Assembly (NCBI GenBank): GCA_040398465.1
Contig: JBBAUA010000001.1
Span: forward strand, 85,254-149,253
Length of the DNA: 64,000 nt
Origin: Hyphomonadaceae bacterium
GTDB taxonomy: Bacteria > Pseudomonadota > Alphaproteobacteria > Caulobacterales > Hyphomonadaceae
Direction: 5' to 3'
Shown: positions 43,453-56,250 of the stretch, in pieces
Layout of the letters: each line of letters opens with the position of its first letter
Position numbering within the stretch: the first letter of the stretch is position 1
Position numbers and translations under genes: made by a program
Notes under the pieces: model-generated
The model's database searches: none
What the model was told of the DNA's origin: nothing
The model's input: the letters and a program-made list of their open reading frames with translations, nothing else

Positions 43453-45558
43453 ATGTCGAGCTACTATTCATTTAGTTTGGCGTCAATTCTGGCGCTCGCC
43501 CTGATGTCCCCCGCCTATGCGCAGGGGACGACGACCCCGCCAGTCGCTGAGCCGGTCGCGCAGCAGGGCGTGATTTCGTACACGCCCGCAGAATTTGCGG
43601 AGTCGCGACCGAACACGGCGCTCGACATGATCAGCCGCCTCCCGGGGTTCTCGTTCGATGGCGGCGACAGCGTGCGGGGCTTTGCGGGTGCTGCGGGCAA
43701 CGTGCTGATCGACGGCCAGCGCCCAACCATCAAGACCGACTCGCTGGGCGACACCCTGAACCGCATCACGATCGACCAGGTCGAACGGATCGACGTCATT
43801 CGCGGATCGGTGCCGGGGGTCGACATGCAGGGGCAGACGGTGGTCGCCAACGTGATCCGCAAGAAGGTCGATACGTTCCAGCAGGTGTTCAGCGCCCGCG
43901 GCTTCCTGTTCACCGAGACGGGCAAGACGATCCCCGGCTGGAACTACCAGGCCACGCGCCGCGTCGGCGAGCACCAGTTCGACGTATCGGCGGGGCGCGG
44001 CATCTCGATGGACGATTCCGTCGGCTCGGGCTGGCGAACGACAGTGGATGCGCAGCGCGGCAATCTCGATCTGTACGAAACCTCGCGCACCGAGGGCGAC
44101 GGCGTGGTCCACAGCCTGCGCGGCAACTACAAGGGGCCGCAGTTCGGCGGCACGCTTTCGCTCAACGGCCTCGTCTCGACCGACGAGTTCAAGAACGAGC
44201 AGGGCTTCCGTTCGGCGACGACCGACGAGTTTTTCGTGAGCCGGTCTGCCAATGATCGCGGCGAAGTCGGCGTCAACTATCTTACCAAACTTGGGTCCGA
44301 TCTCGAGTGGGAAACGCTGAGCCTCTTCAAGGTGGCGGTCGGCAGCCTCGATGCAACCGGGCTTGAGCGGGATCCGACGGGTGTCGATCCGGACACGCTG
44401 CAACTCTTCCAGATCGAAGCCGAAGCCGGAGAGCGTATCGGACGGACGATCCTGCGCTACACGATGTCGCCGGAACTGTCGTTCGAAGGCGGCGGCGAGG
44501 TGGCCTACAACTATCGCGACCAGCAGGTTTCGCTGGCGGTTGATGGCGCGCCCGTGCCGCTGCCGGCATCCAACGTGCTCGTCGAGGAAACCCGCGCCGA
44601 ACTGTTCGTCCAGAGCTCCTGGCGGCCTTTGCCGGAATGGACGCTGGAAGGCGGCGTGCGCGTCGAACAGTCGACGATCACGCAATCGGGCGACACCGAC
44701 AAGGAGCGTTCCTTCACCTACCCCAAGCCGCGTCTCGTGGGCACATGGTCGCCGAGCGAAGACGACCAGCTCCGCTTGCGCGCCGAGCGCGAAGTCGGTC
44801 AGTTGAACTTCCAGGACTTTGCCTCGGAGGTGAACCTCAACAGCGGCCAGCAGAACACCGGCAACTCCGATCTCGAGCCTTACAAGGCCTGGGTCTACGA
44901 AGCCGCCTACGAGAAGCGTTTCCTGGATGGGGCCGCTGCTGTCCTGACGCTTCGCCACGAGGATATCTCGGATGTGGTCGATCTCTTTCCGCGCCGCATT
45001 CCGATCGACACCGACAACGACGGCGTCAACGACTCGACGACCCTGATCGAAGGTCCGGGCAATATCGGCGATGGGACGAACGACAGCCTGATCTTCAATC
45101 TCACGATGCCGCTCAAGAACATCGGCTGGCAGGGCGCCGAGGTGAAGATCGAGACGCAGTGGCAGGAAAGCGAAGTTACCGACCCGTTGACCGGGGAGAA
45201 GCGCCGCATATCAGGCCAGCGCCCGGAGGAGGTCAATTTCTCCTTCCGCCAGGATCTGCCCGAACAGAACCTCACCTTTGGCTTCGGGTGGTTTCAGGGC
45301 TGGCGTGAGAACTACTACCAGGGTCGATCAATCGAGAAGCTCAGGCTGCGGGATTTCTTCCACTCGTTCGTCGAATGGAAGCCCGATGCCGGGTTCACCT
45401 TGCGCGCCGAACTGAACAACCTGGACCCGTTCAGCTTCAACATCGCGCGCCAGGACTATGGCCGCGGCCGGGACCTCGACCCACTCCAGTCCACGGAGAC
45501 CGAGCGCCGCAATTCGCAAACGCTGGCCATGCTGAGTGCGCGTTGGGCGTTCAACTAG
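43453..45558 (+). CDS. TonB-dependent outer-membrane receptor
   Basis: Signal peptide, plug domain (IDVIRG), beta-barrel repeats and C-terminal aromatic terminus (RWAFN). Confidence 0.9.
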   Translation: MSSYYSFSLASILALALMSPAYAQGTTTPPVAEPVAQQGVISYTPAEFAESRPNTALDMISRLPGFSFDGGDSVRGFAGAAGNVLIDGQRPTIKTDSLGDTLNRITIDQVERIDVIRGSVPGVDMQGQTVVANVIRKKVDTFQQVFSARGFLFTETGKTIPGWNYQATRRVGEHQFDVSAGRGISMDDSVGSGWRTTVDAQRGNLDLYETSRTEGDGVVHSLRGNYKGPQFGGTLSLNGLVSTDEFKNEQGFRSATTDEFFVSRSANDRGEVGVNYLTKLGSDLEWETLSLFKVAVGSLDATGLERDPTGVDPDTLQLFQIEAEAGERIGRTILRYTMSPELSFEGGGEVAYNYRDQQVSLAVDGAPVPLPASNVLVEETRAELFVQSSWRPLPEWTLEGGVRVEQSTITQSGDTDKERSFTYPKPRLVGTWSPSEDDQLRLRAEREVGQLNFQDFASEVNLNSGQQNTGNSDLEPYKAWVYEAAYEKRFLDGAAAVLTLRHEDISDVVDLFPRRIPIDTDNDGVNDSTTLIEGPGNIGDGTNDSLIFNLTMPLKNIGWQGAEVKIETQWQESEVTDPLTGEKRRISGQRPEEVNFSFRQDLPEQNLTFGFGWFQGWRENYYQGRSIEKLRLRDFFHSFVEWKPDAGFTLRAELNNLDPFSFNIARQDYGRGRDLDPLQSTETERRNSQTLAMLSARWAFN

Positions 45559-45900
45559 CGTTGGATCGGGCTCAGCAGAGGCGAAACTGCATTTCCGCTC
45601 CTCCCGGCGAACGCCGGGATGAGCAGAGCGCCTGCCCAGGCTGATCGCGCCCCAGGGGGCTGCGGTCGGTCGTTTCCGGGCTGCCGATTCTAGGGAATTG
45701 CGGGCCGCAGAACCGGACAAGCGCCATTCCGGACCGCCGCATTGCTGCGGCCCGACGCGCCCGGGCGAAATCACCCCGAAATCAGTGCCTAACGGCTGTG
45801 GATCAACCGTCGCAAATGTTTGTGTCGCGGTGCACAAATGGGCTAGAAGAGGGGATCGAATCCCGGCCTCCGCGCCGCCCTCCGTCTGGACGTTTTCCGC

Positions 45901-48687
<2,787 letters not shown>

Positions 48688-49249
48688 ACCTCGCCCCGTA
48701 CGTGGATCGGCGACGGCGCGGTCCGCGCTGGTCCGGCGGCCGACGAAGCGCATCGGGCTCTATCCCGGGACCTTCGACCCGATCACGAACGGTCACTTGG
48801 ACATTATCGGCCGGGCGGTGAAGCTGGTCGACAAGCTGGTGATCGGGGTCGCGATCAACGACGGCAAGGGTCCGCTGTTCACGCTGGAAGAGCGCACGCA
48901 GATGGTGCTGGAGGAGGCCCGCAAGCTTTCCAACGGCGTCGAAATCGAGGCGCGGCCTTTCGACAACCTGCTGATGCATTTTGCCGAAGAGTGTGGCGCC
49001 CAGGTGATCATCCGCGGGCTGCGGGCTGTCTCGGACTTCGAGTACGAGTTCCAGATGGTCGCGATGAACCAGCAGATGAACGACGAGATCGAGACAGTCT
49101 TCCTGATGGCTGACCCGCATCACCAGGCGGTGTCCTCTCGACTGGTAAAAGAGATTGCGCGGCTGGGCGGAAACGCCGAATTATTCGTCCCTGCAGCGGT
49201 CCATACGCGACTGCTCGCCAAGTTCGGCGGCAAGAAGGGCAAGTAAGAC

Positions 49250-50128
49250 ATGTTGCGAAATCTGCTGATTGGGGCCGCTGCTGCGGCCTCGCTGGCTGTT
49301 GCCGGCGCCGCCTGGGCCGGGCCGGCTGACGATCCGGCCAACTGGCGCAAGGTTCCTGCCGAGAACCTGCTGCAGCTGACAATCAATGGACAGGACGTGC
49401 TGGTCGAACTGCGCCCCGACGTTGCGCCGACACACGTCACGCAGATCAAGAAGATCGCGCGGGCCGGCCATTTCGACAAAGTACCATTCCATCGCGTCAT
49501 CGACGATTTCATGGCGCAGGGCGGCGACACGTCGCTTGTCTATCCGCAGGTGGAGTACCCGATGCTCAAGGGCGAATTCACCTGGCAGCGCGACCCGGCG
49601 AAACAGAAGGTGACCTGGATCGGCGCGACGCCTGATGGCTCAAGGCTGGGTTATCTCGATGGCGTGCTCGTGCAGGGCCAGCCGGACGAGCTGGCGATGA
49701 TTTCCTACCCGGCCGTGGCGCGCACGTGGATGCTGCATTGTTCCGGCGTCACTTCGATGGCGCGCACGAACGATCCGAACAGCGCGACGACGCAGTTCTT
49801 CCTGATGCGCCAGCCGCGCGTCGGCGCAGATGGGCTCGACGCCAAGTACACGACATGGGGCTGGAGCGTTTCCGGGGTCGATACGATCCGTGGAATCAAG
49901 ACCGGCGATGAGGGCGAGAATGGCGTGCTGCCGCCGGGAACCGCCGACGTGCTGACCAAGGCGGTGATCGTCGCCGACCTGCCGGCCAACAAGCAGTCCA
50001 CGGTCTATGTGCGCCGCACGGATGGACCGGAATTCATCGCGAAGGCCGCTGAGATCAAGGTATCCGACCCGTTCGACGCGTGCTACCTGCCGCCCGTCGA
50101 AACCGTCATCGAAAGGCCGAACCCGTGA
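49250..50128 (+). CDS. periplasmic cyclophilin-type peptidyl-prolyl isomerase (long form)
   Basis: Signal peptide. FHRVIDDFMAQGGD and MARTNDPNSATTQFF motifs, with insertions relative to the short cyclophilins. Confidence 0.88.
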   Translation: MLRNLLIGAAAAASLAVAGAAWAGPADDPANWRKVPAENLLQLTINGQDVLVELRPDVAPTHVTQIKKIARAGHFDKVPFHRVIDDFMAQGGDTSLVYPQVEYPMLKGEFTWQRDPAKQKVTWIGATPDGSRLGYLDGVLVQGQPDELAMISYPAVARTWMLHCSGVTSMARTNDPNSATTQFFLMRQPRVGADGLDAKYTTWGWSVSGVDTIRGIKTGDEGENGVLPPGTADVLTKAVIVADLPANKQSTVYVRRTDGPEFIAKAAEIKVSDPFDACYLPPVETVIERPNP

Positions 50129-50592
50129 GCGCTGACAAAGAGAACACCCTGATCCTCACGCTGGACACTGGCGTCGTCACGATCGAACTCCTGCCGAACA
50201 AGGCCCCGGGCCATGTCGAGCGGATCAAGGAACTGGCGCGTGAAGGCTTCTACGATGGTGTCGTGTTTCACCGCGTGATCGACGGCTTCATGGCGCAGGG
50301 CGGCGATCCGACGGGATCGGGCATGGGCGGTTCCGAGAAGGACGACCTGCGCGCCGAATTCAATGATGTCAGCCACCAGCGCGGCGTCTGCTCGATGGCG
50401 CGGTCGAACAGCCCGAACTCGGCGAACAGCCAGTTCTTCATCTGCCTCGACGACGCATCGTTCCTCGACAAGAAATACACCGTGTGGGGCAATGTGGTCA
50501 GCGGCATGGACGCCGTCGACGCGCTCCCCAAGGGCGAGCCGCCGCGCAAGCCCGGCAAGATCGTGACGGCGCGCGTTGCCGCGGACGTCTGA
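50125..50592 (+). CDS. ppiB: cytoplasmic cyclophilin-type peptidyl-prolyl isomerase
   Basis: GTG at 50125 overlaps the previous stop (GTGA). FHRVIDGFMAQGGDPTG and MARSNSPNSANSQFF motifs. Confidence 0.9.
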   Translation: MSADKENTLILTLDTGVVTIELLPNKAPGHVERIKELAREGFYDGVVFHRVIDGFMAQGGDPTGSGMGGSEKDDLRAEFNDVSHQRGVCSMARSNSPNSANSQFFICLDDASFLDKKYTVWGNVVSGMDAVDALPKGEPPRKPGKIVTARVAADV

Positions 50593-50657
50593 ACCGCGAC
50601 GATTGATCTGGGGCCGTTAGCGCCCCGAATCAAGCAAGATGCCGGCGGAGCAAAGCC

Positions 50658-51344
50658 ATGCCGGCTGACAAGCCATCGCCAGACCCGCCGCCCAAACCAG
50701 GCGGATTGCTGACCCGTCTCAGGAACTGGTTCCTGGCCGGAGCCGTCGTGGCTGCGCCTTTGGCGATCACGCTTTGGCTGATGTGGAGCGTTGTCGTCCT
50801 GGTCGACACGCACATTGTCCCACTGATCCCGCGGGCGTGGAATCCTGAGACGTATCTCAGCTTCGAACTGCCCGGGCTCGGCATCATCACGGCCGTGATC
50901 TTCCTGACCGTGCTCGGCGCGCTGATCACGAACCTCGCGGGTCAGCAGGCCTTGCGGCTTGGCGAACTTCTGCTCGCGCGCGTGCCGCTGGTGCGCTCGA
51001 TCTATTCGATCCTGAAGCAGGTGGTCGAGACGATCGCATCGAACGACTCATCATCGTTCAAGGAAGCGGTTCTCGTCGAGTATCCCGGCAAGGGGCTCTG
51101 GGTGATCGGCTTCATCACGAGCCGGACACCGGATGCTGAAGTTCTGGCGCGGGCTCCGGATGTGATCGGCGTCCTTGTGCCGTCATCGCCGAATCCTGCG
51201 ATGGGCCAGCTTGTGTTCGTAACGCCGGAACGGATCAGGCCGCTGGACATGCCGGTAGAGAAGGCCGCGAAGCTGGTCATATCGTTCGGCATCCGCTCGG
51301 CTGATCAGGTCGAGGCGGGGCTACGAGGCGTGCAGGTGAAGTAG
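50658..51344 (+). CDS. DUF502 family membrane protein
   Basis: Two TM helices, LPGLGIITAV..., and P-rich N-terminus. Typical DUF502 layout. Confidence 0.75.
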   Translation: MPADKPSPDPPPKPGGLLTRLRNWFLAGAVVAAPLAITLWLMWSVVVLVDTHIVPLIPRAWNPETYLSFELPGLGIITAVIFLTVLGALITNLAGQQALRLGELLLARVPLVRSIYSILKQVVETIASNDSSSFKEAVLVEYPGKGLWVIGFITSRTPDAEVLARAPDVIGVLVPSSPNPAMGQLVFVTPERIRPLDMPVEKAAKLVISFGIRSADQVEAGLRGVQVK

Positions 51345-51359
51345 GCGCGCAGACTGCGC

Positions 51360-52031
51360 TTAGGTGTTCTTCAGCAGCCACGCGTGCGTGACATCGAGAA
51401 TCTCGTCGAGAACTTCCGTATCCTTCCGACCTGTTTTTGTGGGGACGTGGAAGGAATGGTCTGCATGTTCGACGAGGTGGAGTTTCGCGCGCTTGCCGAG
51501 GCCGGCAACAACGGGTTTCAGAAGGTGCGTCCCGGCCAGCGTGTCCGCCGTGCCTTGCAGGAACAGCATCGGCAATTTCACTTTCGACAAGTGCTCCGCG
51601 CGTTCTGTCCCCGGTTTGCCGGAAGGATGAAGCGGCCATGCGAAGAAGACGAGCCCGCGTACATCGGGCAACGGCTCATCAGCCTGACCCTGTGACGTCA
51701 TGCGTCCGCCGAATGAGCGGCCGCCAGCGAAGAGCGGCAAACCGCCTGCGAGCTTGCCGGCCTTGGCGATCGCTGCACGGATCGCGGCGTGGGCGACGGT
51801 CGGACTGTCCGGGCGCTTCGAGCCTTTCTCCATGTAGGGAAAGTTGAAGCGCAACACAGCGATGCCGCGTGTGGCGAGGCCTTCGGCCGTGGCAGCCATG
51901 TGCTTGTGCGTCATCCCTGCGCCGGCGCCGTGCGCGAGAACCAGAAGAGCCTTTGCATCATGCGGCTTGTCGAGGAGGGCGGAGACCTCGGTCGCGGCGT
52001 CGATGCGCATGGAGATGGGTATTGCGGGCAT
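51360..52031 (-). CDS. alpha/beta hydrolase (KANL3/Tex30- or dienelactone-hydrolase-like)
   Basis: HGAGAGM, GGRSFGGR nucleophile elbow and C-terminal HSFH. 223 aa. Confidence 0.7.
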   Translation of the reverse strand: MPAIPISMRIDAATEVSALLDKPHDAKALLVLAHGAGAGMTHKHMAATAEGLATRGIAVLRFNFPYMEKGSKRPDSPTVAHAAIRAAIAKAGKLAGGLPLFAGGRSFGGRMTSQGQADEPLPDVRGLVFFAWPLHPSGKPGTERAEHLSKVKLPMLFLQGTADTLAGTHLLKPVVAGLGKRAKLHLVEHADHSFHVPTKTGRKDTEVLDEILDVTHAWLLKNT

Positions 52032-52047
52032 GCGTTAAAGGCTCCGG

Positions 52048-54123
52048 TCAGTCGCTCTCGGCCATCATGTCTGCGATGCGCGGTGCGAAGAGATCGCGGG
52101 CGCGACGGACGGCGACGCCTCGAGGACCAACCAGTGTGGGGTCTGCCACCAGGACTGACTTGGCGTCGGTGCGTGCGGTCTCGATCAGGTTGGCGTCGCG
52201 GGCGAGTTCGAGAACGCGGAAGGCCGGGAGGCCGGACTGGCGGAGGCCGAGCAGGTCGCCGGGGCCGCGGAGCCGGAAGTCGGCTTCGGCGATCTCGAAG
52301 CCGTCGGTGGTCTTGCGAAGCGTATCGAGGCGTTCCTTGCCGCTCTCCGTAAGTGGGGACTGGTAGAGCAGGAGGCAACTGGACGCTTTCTCGCCGCGAC
52401 CAACGCGGCCCCGCAACTGGTGGAGTTGGGCGAGGCCGAACTTCTCGGCGTGTTCGATCACCATGATGGTCGCTTCGGGAACGTCGACGCCGACCTCGAT
52501 GACAGTGGTGGCGACGAGGATGGGCGCTTCGCCGGTGCGGAGCTTCTCAAGCGCTGCGTCACGATCCTGCGCCGGCATGCGGCCGTGGACGAGTTCGACG
52601 GGGGCGTTGACGTAGCCGGCGAGAACATCGCGACGCTGGATGGCCGAGGCATCGCCGGCGTCTTCGCTATCGACGGCGGGACAAATCCAGAAGGCGCGTT
52701 CACCGCGATCGACGGCGCGGGAGACGGCCTGGATGACGTCGTCGATGCGTGTGTCGGGAACGGCGGCCGTTACGACTTCCTGCCGATTGGCGGGCTTCTC
52801 GCCGATGACGGAGATGTCGAGGTCGCCGTGGACGGCCAGCGCCATGGTGCGCGGGATCGGGGTTGCGCTCATCACCAGCATGTGTGGCGATGCGCCTTTG
52901 GCTGTAAGTTTGAGACGGTCGGCGACGCCAAAGCGATGCTGCTCGTCTATGACGACGAGTGAGAGTTCGGGCAGGTCGACGTCCGACTGGTAGAGCGCCT
53001 GCGTGCCGGAGAGGACCTGGATCTTTCCGGCGCGGACATCGTTGAGGATGGCTTCGCGGGCTGCGCCCTTGTCTCGGCCGGTGAGGGCGGCGACGCGGAT
53101 GCCGACAGGGGCGAGGAAGCGGCCGATGGCTTCGGCTTGCTGGCGCGCGAGGATTTCGGTTGGCGACATGAAGGCCGTGATGCCGCCGTCGGCGGAGACC
53201 TGCGCTGCGGCGAGGGCGGCGACGAGCGTCTTGCCGGAGCCGACATCGCCCTGGATCATGCGGCGCATCGGAATGGGGCGGCCCATGTCGGTGGCGACGT
53301 CCTTGTAGGCATCCATCTGGGCGCGGGTCGGCTTGAAGGGAAGGGCGTCGACGATCTGTTTCTCGACGCCGACAGCGCGAGGGATCGGACGCGAATGGCG
53401 GCGTTCACGGGCGAGGCGGGCCTGGCCCATCGCCATTTCGCGCGCGAGGGCTTCGTCATAGGCGAGGCGCTGACGCGCGGTTTCGAAACCGTCGGGGTCG
53501 TAGACCTTCGGCTGGTGAAGGCGAAGAAGCGCCTGCTTGAAGCTGGGCCAGTTGTTGCGCTTCATCAGGTGCGGATCGATCCACTCGTCGAGATCGGGGG
53601 TGCCGTCGAGCGCGGCCGACATGAATTTCCGGATCTGCCTTGGCGTGATGTTCGCCGTCATTGGGTAGACGGGTTCGACTTCGGGGAGTTCGTCGTCCTT
53701 GTCGGGGCTGAGGACGTGGTCGGGGTGGACGATCTGGCGGCCGCCCTGGAAGTCGCCGATCTTGCCGGAGGCGATGACGGTCTTGCCGATCTCGAAGGTC
53801 TTTTCGAGCCATTGCCGGTTGGCGTGGAAGTAGGCGAGCGTGATGAAGCCGGTATCGTCGCGCAGGCGGATACGGGCCGGGAATTTCATGCGGGCGTGAT
53901 CGATCTTGTCGACCGTGCCTGTGATGGTGGCGATTTCGCCTACCTGGACTTCGTCGATGGTGGCGCGGTTGCGGCGATCGATCCAGCTGGTGGGAAGGTG
54001 GAAGATCAGGTCGAGCCAGGTCTCGCCGCCGACCAGGCGCGCGAGGGCTGGACGCAGTTTCGGGCCGACGCCGGGGAGGCTCGACAGGTCATTGTAGAAG
54101 GGGAAGAGGATCGGGTCGCGCAT
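52048..54123 (-). CDS. recG: ATP-dependent DNA helicase RecG
   Basis: Wedge domain, then helicase motifs GDVGSGKT, DEQHRFG, MSATPIPRT and QLHQLRGRVGRG. ATG at 54123. Confidence 0.95.
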   Translation of the reverse strand: MRDPILFPFYNDLSSLPGVGPKLRPALARLVGGETWLDLIFHLPTSWIDRRNRATIDEVQVGEIATITGTVDKIDHARMKFPARIRLRDDTGFITLAYFHANRQWLEKTFEIGKTVIASGKIGDFQGGRQIVHPDHVLSPDKDDELPEVEPVYPMTANITPRQIRKFMSAALDGTPDLDEWIDPHLMKRNNWPSFKQALLRLHQPKVYDPDGFETARQRLAYDEALAREMAMGQARLARERRHSRPIPRAVGVEKQIVDALPFKPTRAQMDAYKDVATDMGRPIPMRRMIQGDVGSGKTLVAALAAAQVSADGGITAFMSPTEILARQQAEAIGRFLAPVGIRVAALTGRDKGAAREAILNDVRAGKIQVLSGTQALYQSDVDLPELSLVVIDEQHRFGVADRLKLTAKGASPHMLVMSATPIPRTMALAVHGDLDISVIGEKPANRQEVVTAAVPDTRIDDVIQAVSRAVDRGERAFWICPAVDSEDAGDASAIQRRDVLAGYVNAPVELVHGRMPAQDRDAALEKLRTGEAPILVATTVIEVGVDVPEATIMVIEHAEKFGLAQLHQLRGRVGRGEKASSCLLLYQSPLTESGKERLDTLRKTTDGFEIAEADFRLRGPGDLLGLRQSGLPAFRVLELARDANLIETARTDAKSVLVADPTLVGPRGVAVRRARDLFAPRIADMMAESD

Positions 54124-54225
54124 ACTCGCTGATGCTAGCGGGTTTGGCGCGCAAGGGGGAGGGCGCGACGGCACGATCCCTGCCGCGGGGCGGCGGGGTC
54201 GGGTGTGGTTGGGGCCGGAGATTGG

Positions 54226-54672
54226 TCAGGCTGAAGTTCGTCGCGCAAATCCATCCGCCGTGTCTCCGGCCTTCGCCGGGGACGCGGGCTTTGTCCGCTT
54301 CCATTGCAGATGGTGCTCCAGCAACTGGGTCATTCCCGGCCTGGGCCGGGAATCCCGATTGTCTGTTTCGTGGGGATCGACTGCGAGTCCCCGCAGCCTG
54401 CCTGCAGGGATTCTCGGGTCGCGCTCCGCTTGCCCGAGACTGACCCCGTGAGTGGTGTTGGATTCCTCAGTTTGTTTGCCGGACTTCGCCTGGGGCAGGG
54501 CGGAGGCTTTGGACTGCATGTGCCAATCACGCGGTTCAATCCTCAGCCACATCTGGAGCGTTGTCGTGGCGCCTTGCACGAGGCTCACGAAAAGCATCAG
54601 CACCGCATCGATCCAGCGATCGAGAGGCGGCGGGGTCACTACTCCGTAGGATGCGGTTCGTGCTCGTGTCAT
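54226..54672 (-). CDS. hypothetical small protein with one predicted TM segment (weak call)
   Basis: ATG at 54672 sits in the same 33-nt context downstream of the boxed promoter module as ORF 20507. Hydrophobic stretch WIDAVLMLFVSLVQGATTTL. The 3' half runs through a REP hairpin, so its length is doubtful. Confidence 0.25.
   Translation of the reverse strand: MTRARTASYGVVTPPPLDRWIDAVLMLFVSLVQGATTTLQMWLRIEPRDWHMQSKASALPQAKSGKQTEESNTTHGVSLGQAERDPRIPAGRLRGLAVDPHETDNRDSRPRPGMTQLLEHHLQWKRTKPASPAKAGDTADGFARRTSA
54332..54353. repeat. REP-like GC hairpin (ATTCCCGGCC TG GGCCGGGAAT)
   Basis: A 10-nt inverted repeat read directly. Related in style to the CCCGG-containing hairpins at 13619-13654 and 45602-45619. 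Confidence 0.6.
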
Positions 54673-54705
54673 GCGGGGCATTATAAGTCAGCAACTTCCC
54701 CCGCG

Positions 54706-54818
54706 GATTTGGCGCCACTGTTTCCGCCAAAGTTTTCGGGGAAGTCGCTGAAATCGCGGCCGAAGTTTTTTGAGTTTCCCCCAAACGCGAACAACGGTTT
54801 TCCCCCAAAAGCGGCGCC
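54706..54818 (-). repeat. conserved promoter/operator module, copy 2 (three TTTGNNGGAAAC boxes plus promoter block)
   Basis: Boxes (plus-strand coordinates) at 54720-54731, 54774-54785 and 54797-54810. Box spacing of 54 and 23 nt is identical to copy 1. The TTGGCGG-N10-GCCAAATC promoter block ends 33 nt before the ATG at 54672. Confidence 0.6.
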
Positions 54819-55102
54819 AGTCCGAGGCCGCCGGGTCGGGCGGTCCCGGAGGGGTTAACTTTGCTGCGGGATGGCCAGAACAGCACTGTCGCGTGCACGG
54901 ATTGACCTTGAGGGGGGACCCGCGTAGAAGCTCGGCCCCATGCAACGTTCGTTTTTCAAGCGCTATTGGAAGACCATTACCCCGACGGGGCTGATGGCGC
55001 GCTTGGCTGTTACGAACTAGCCAGAAGCCCGCCGACCAGCCCCGCCGGACAACGGATGGGGCAGAGTTCGCCCCGTCTCCCGGCTCAAGAGGAGACTACC
55101 CC

Positions 55103-56152
55103 GTGACCCAGGCCAGCCAGACCGCAGAGCATAGCTCCAGCGCGGACGTTGGTGCGAAGACCGTCGCCGTGGTCGGCGCAACCGGCGCGGTTGGCGCCGA
55201 GATGCTGCGCTGCCTCGAGGAGTCGACGTTTCCGACCGGCACGCTGAAGGCGTTCGCGTCGGAGCGCTCGGCCGGCAAGCGGTTCAAGTTTCGTGGGCGC
55301 GAAGTCGAGATGCAGGTGCTGACGGAGGACGCCTTCGCGGGATGCGATGTCGTCCTGTTCGCGTCCGAAAGCGACATCTCGAAACAGTATGTGCCGATCG
55401 CCACGCAGGCGGGGGCGTACGCCATCGACAATTCGTCGGCGTTCCGGATGGATGCGTCCGTGCCGCTGGTGGTGCCGGAAGTGAATGGCGAGCTGATTTC
55501 GCCGGCGCAGAAGGTCTATGCCAACCCGAACTGCGTTGCGGCGATCATGGTGATGGCGCTGTGGCCGCTGCACCAGGCGGGCAAGCTGAAGCGCGTGATT
55601 GCGTCGACTTACCAGTCGGCGTCGGGCGCGGGGCGGCCGGCGATGGACGAGCTGGAGGAATCCACGCGTGCGTATCTGAAAGGCGAGACGTATCAGCCGC
55701 GCGTGCTGCCGCATCCGTATGCGTTCAACCTGTTCAGCCACAACACCGCCATCGGGGCGGACGGGTACAACGGCGAAGAGCAGAAGGTTGTCGCCGAGCT
55801 GCGCAAGATCATGGGGTTGCCAGAGCTGCGCGTGGGGGTGACCTGCGTGCGGGTGCCGGTGCTGCGGGCGCATTCGATGGCGATCACGGCGGAGTTCGAC
55901 TCGAAGGTGTCGGTGGATGCGGCCCGGGCGCTGCTGGCCAAGGCGCCGGGCGTGAAGGTTGTCGACGATCGCGAGAGGAACCACTTCCCGATGCCGATCG
56001 AGAGCGGCGGTCAGAATGATGTGCTGGTGGGCCGTATCCGGGAAGATATCTCGGACCCAACTGGGCATTCTCTGGCGCTCTTCATTTCGGGCGATCAGCT
56101 GCTGAAGGGCGCGGCCCTGAACGCGGTGCAGATCGCGGAACGTCTTGCTTAG
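55103..56152 (+). CDS. asd: aspartate-semialdehyde dehydrogenase
   Basis: GTG start after AAGAGGAG. VGATGAVG, NPNCVA active-site Cys and STYQSASGAG motifs. Confidence 0.95.
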   Translation: MTQASQTAEHSSSADVGAKTVAVVGATGAVGAEMLRCLEESTFPTGTLKAFASERSAGKRFKFRGREVEMQVLTEDAFAGCDVVLFASESDISKQYVPIATQAGAYAIDNSSAFRMDASVPLVVPEVNGELISPAQKVYANPNCVAAIMVMALWPLHQAGKLKRVIASTYQSASGAGRPAMDELEESTRAYLKGETYQPRVLPHPYAFNLFSHNTAIGADGYNGEEQKVVAELRKIMGLPELRVGVTCVRVPVLRAHSMAITAEFDSKVSVDAARALLAKAPGVKVVDDRERNHFPMPIESGGQNDVLVGRIREDISDPTGHSLALFISGDQLLKGAALNAVQIAERLA

Positions 56153-56250
56153 ACTTAGTCGTGTAGAGTGTTGTGATGCGTAACGACCGGATTGATGCGG
56201 GCTTCGGCGATGTTCAGACTCGCGCGGGTTCGATTGGAGCAGGCGGCGAC

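Noticed and set aside
45853-45864. GGATCGAATCCC, resembling a tRNA T-arm/loop, upstream of gyrA.
   Set aside because: The flanking bases do not pair into a T-stem. No acceptor, D or anticodon arms can be built around it.
54708-54725. Sigma-54-like TGGCGC-N5-TTTCC on the plus strand, conserved in both module copies.
   Set aside because: The invariant -12 GC is TC in both copies. On the opposite strand the same bases fit a sigma-70-type TTG(A/G)(G/C)GG-N10-GCCAAATC promoter pointing at an ATG 33 nt away, which explains the conservation better.
54304-54858. 184-aa plus-strand ORF spanning the recG-asd intergenic region.
   Set aside because: It reads straight through the REP hairpin and the box/promoter module. 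Its translation (…CGSCSCHAGHYKS…FFEFPPNANNGFPP…) only reflects the repeats.
54940-55020. 26-codon uORF (MQRSFFKRYWKTITPTGLMARLAVTN) in the putative asd leader, considered as a Thr/Ile attenuation leader peptide.
   Set aside because: There is no run of regulatory codons, no obvious terminator/antiterminator pair after it, and no SD before it. As far as I know, asd attenuation of this type is not established in alphaproteobacteria.
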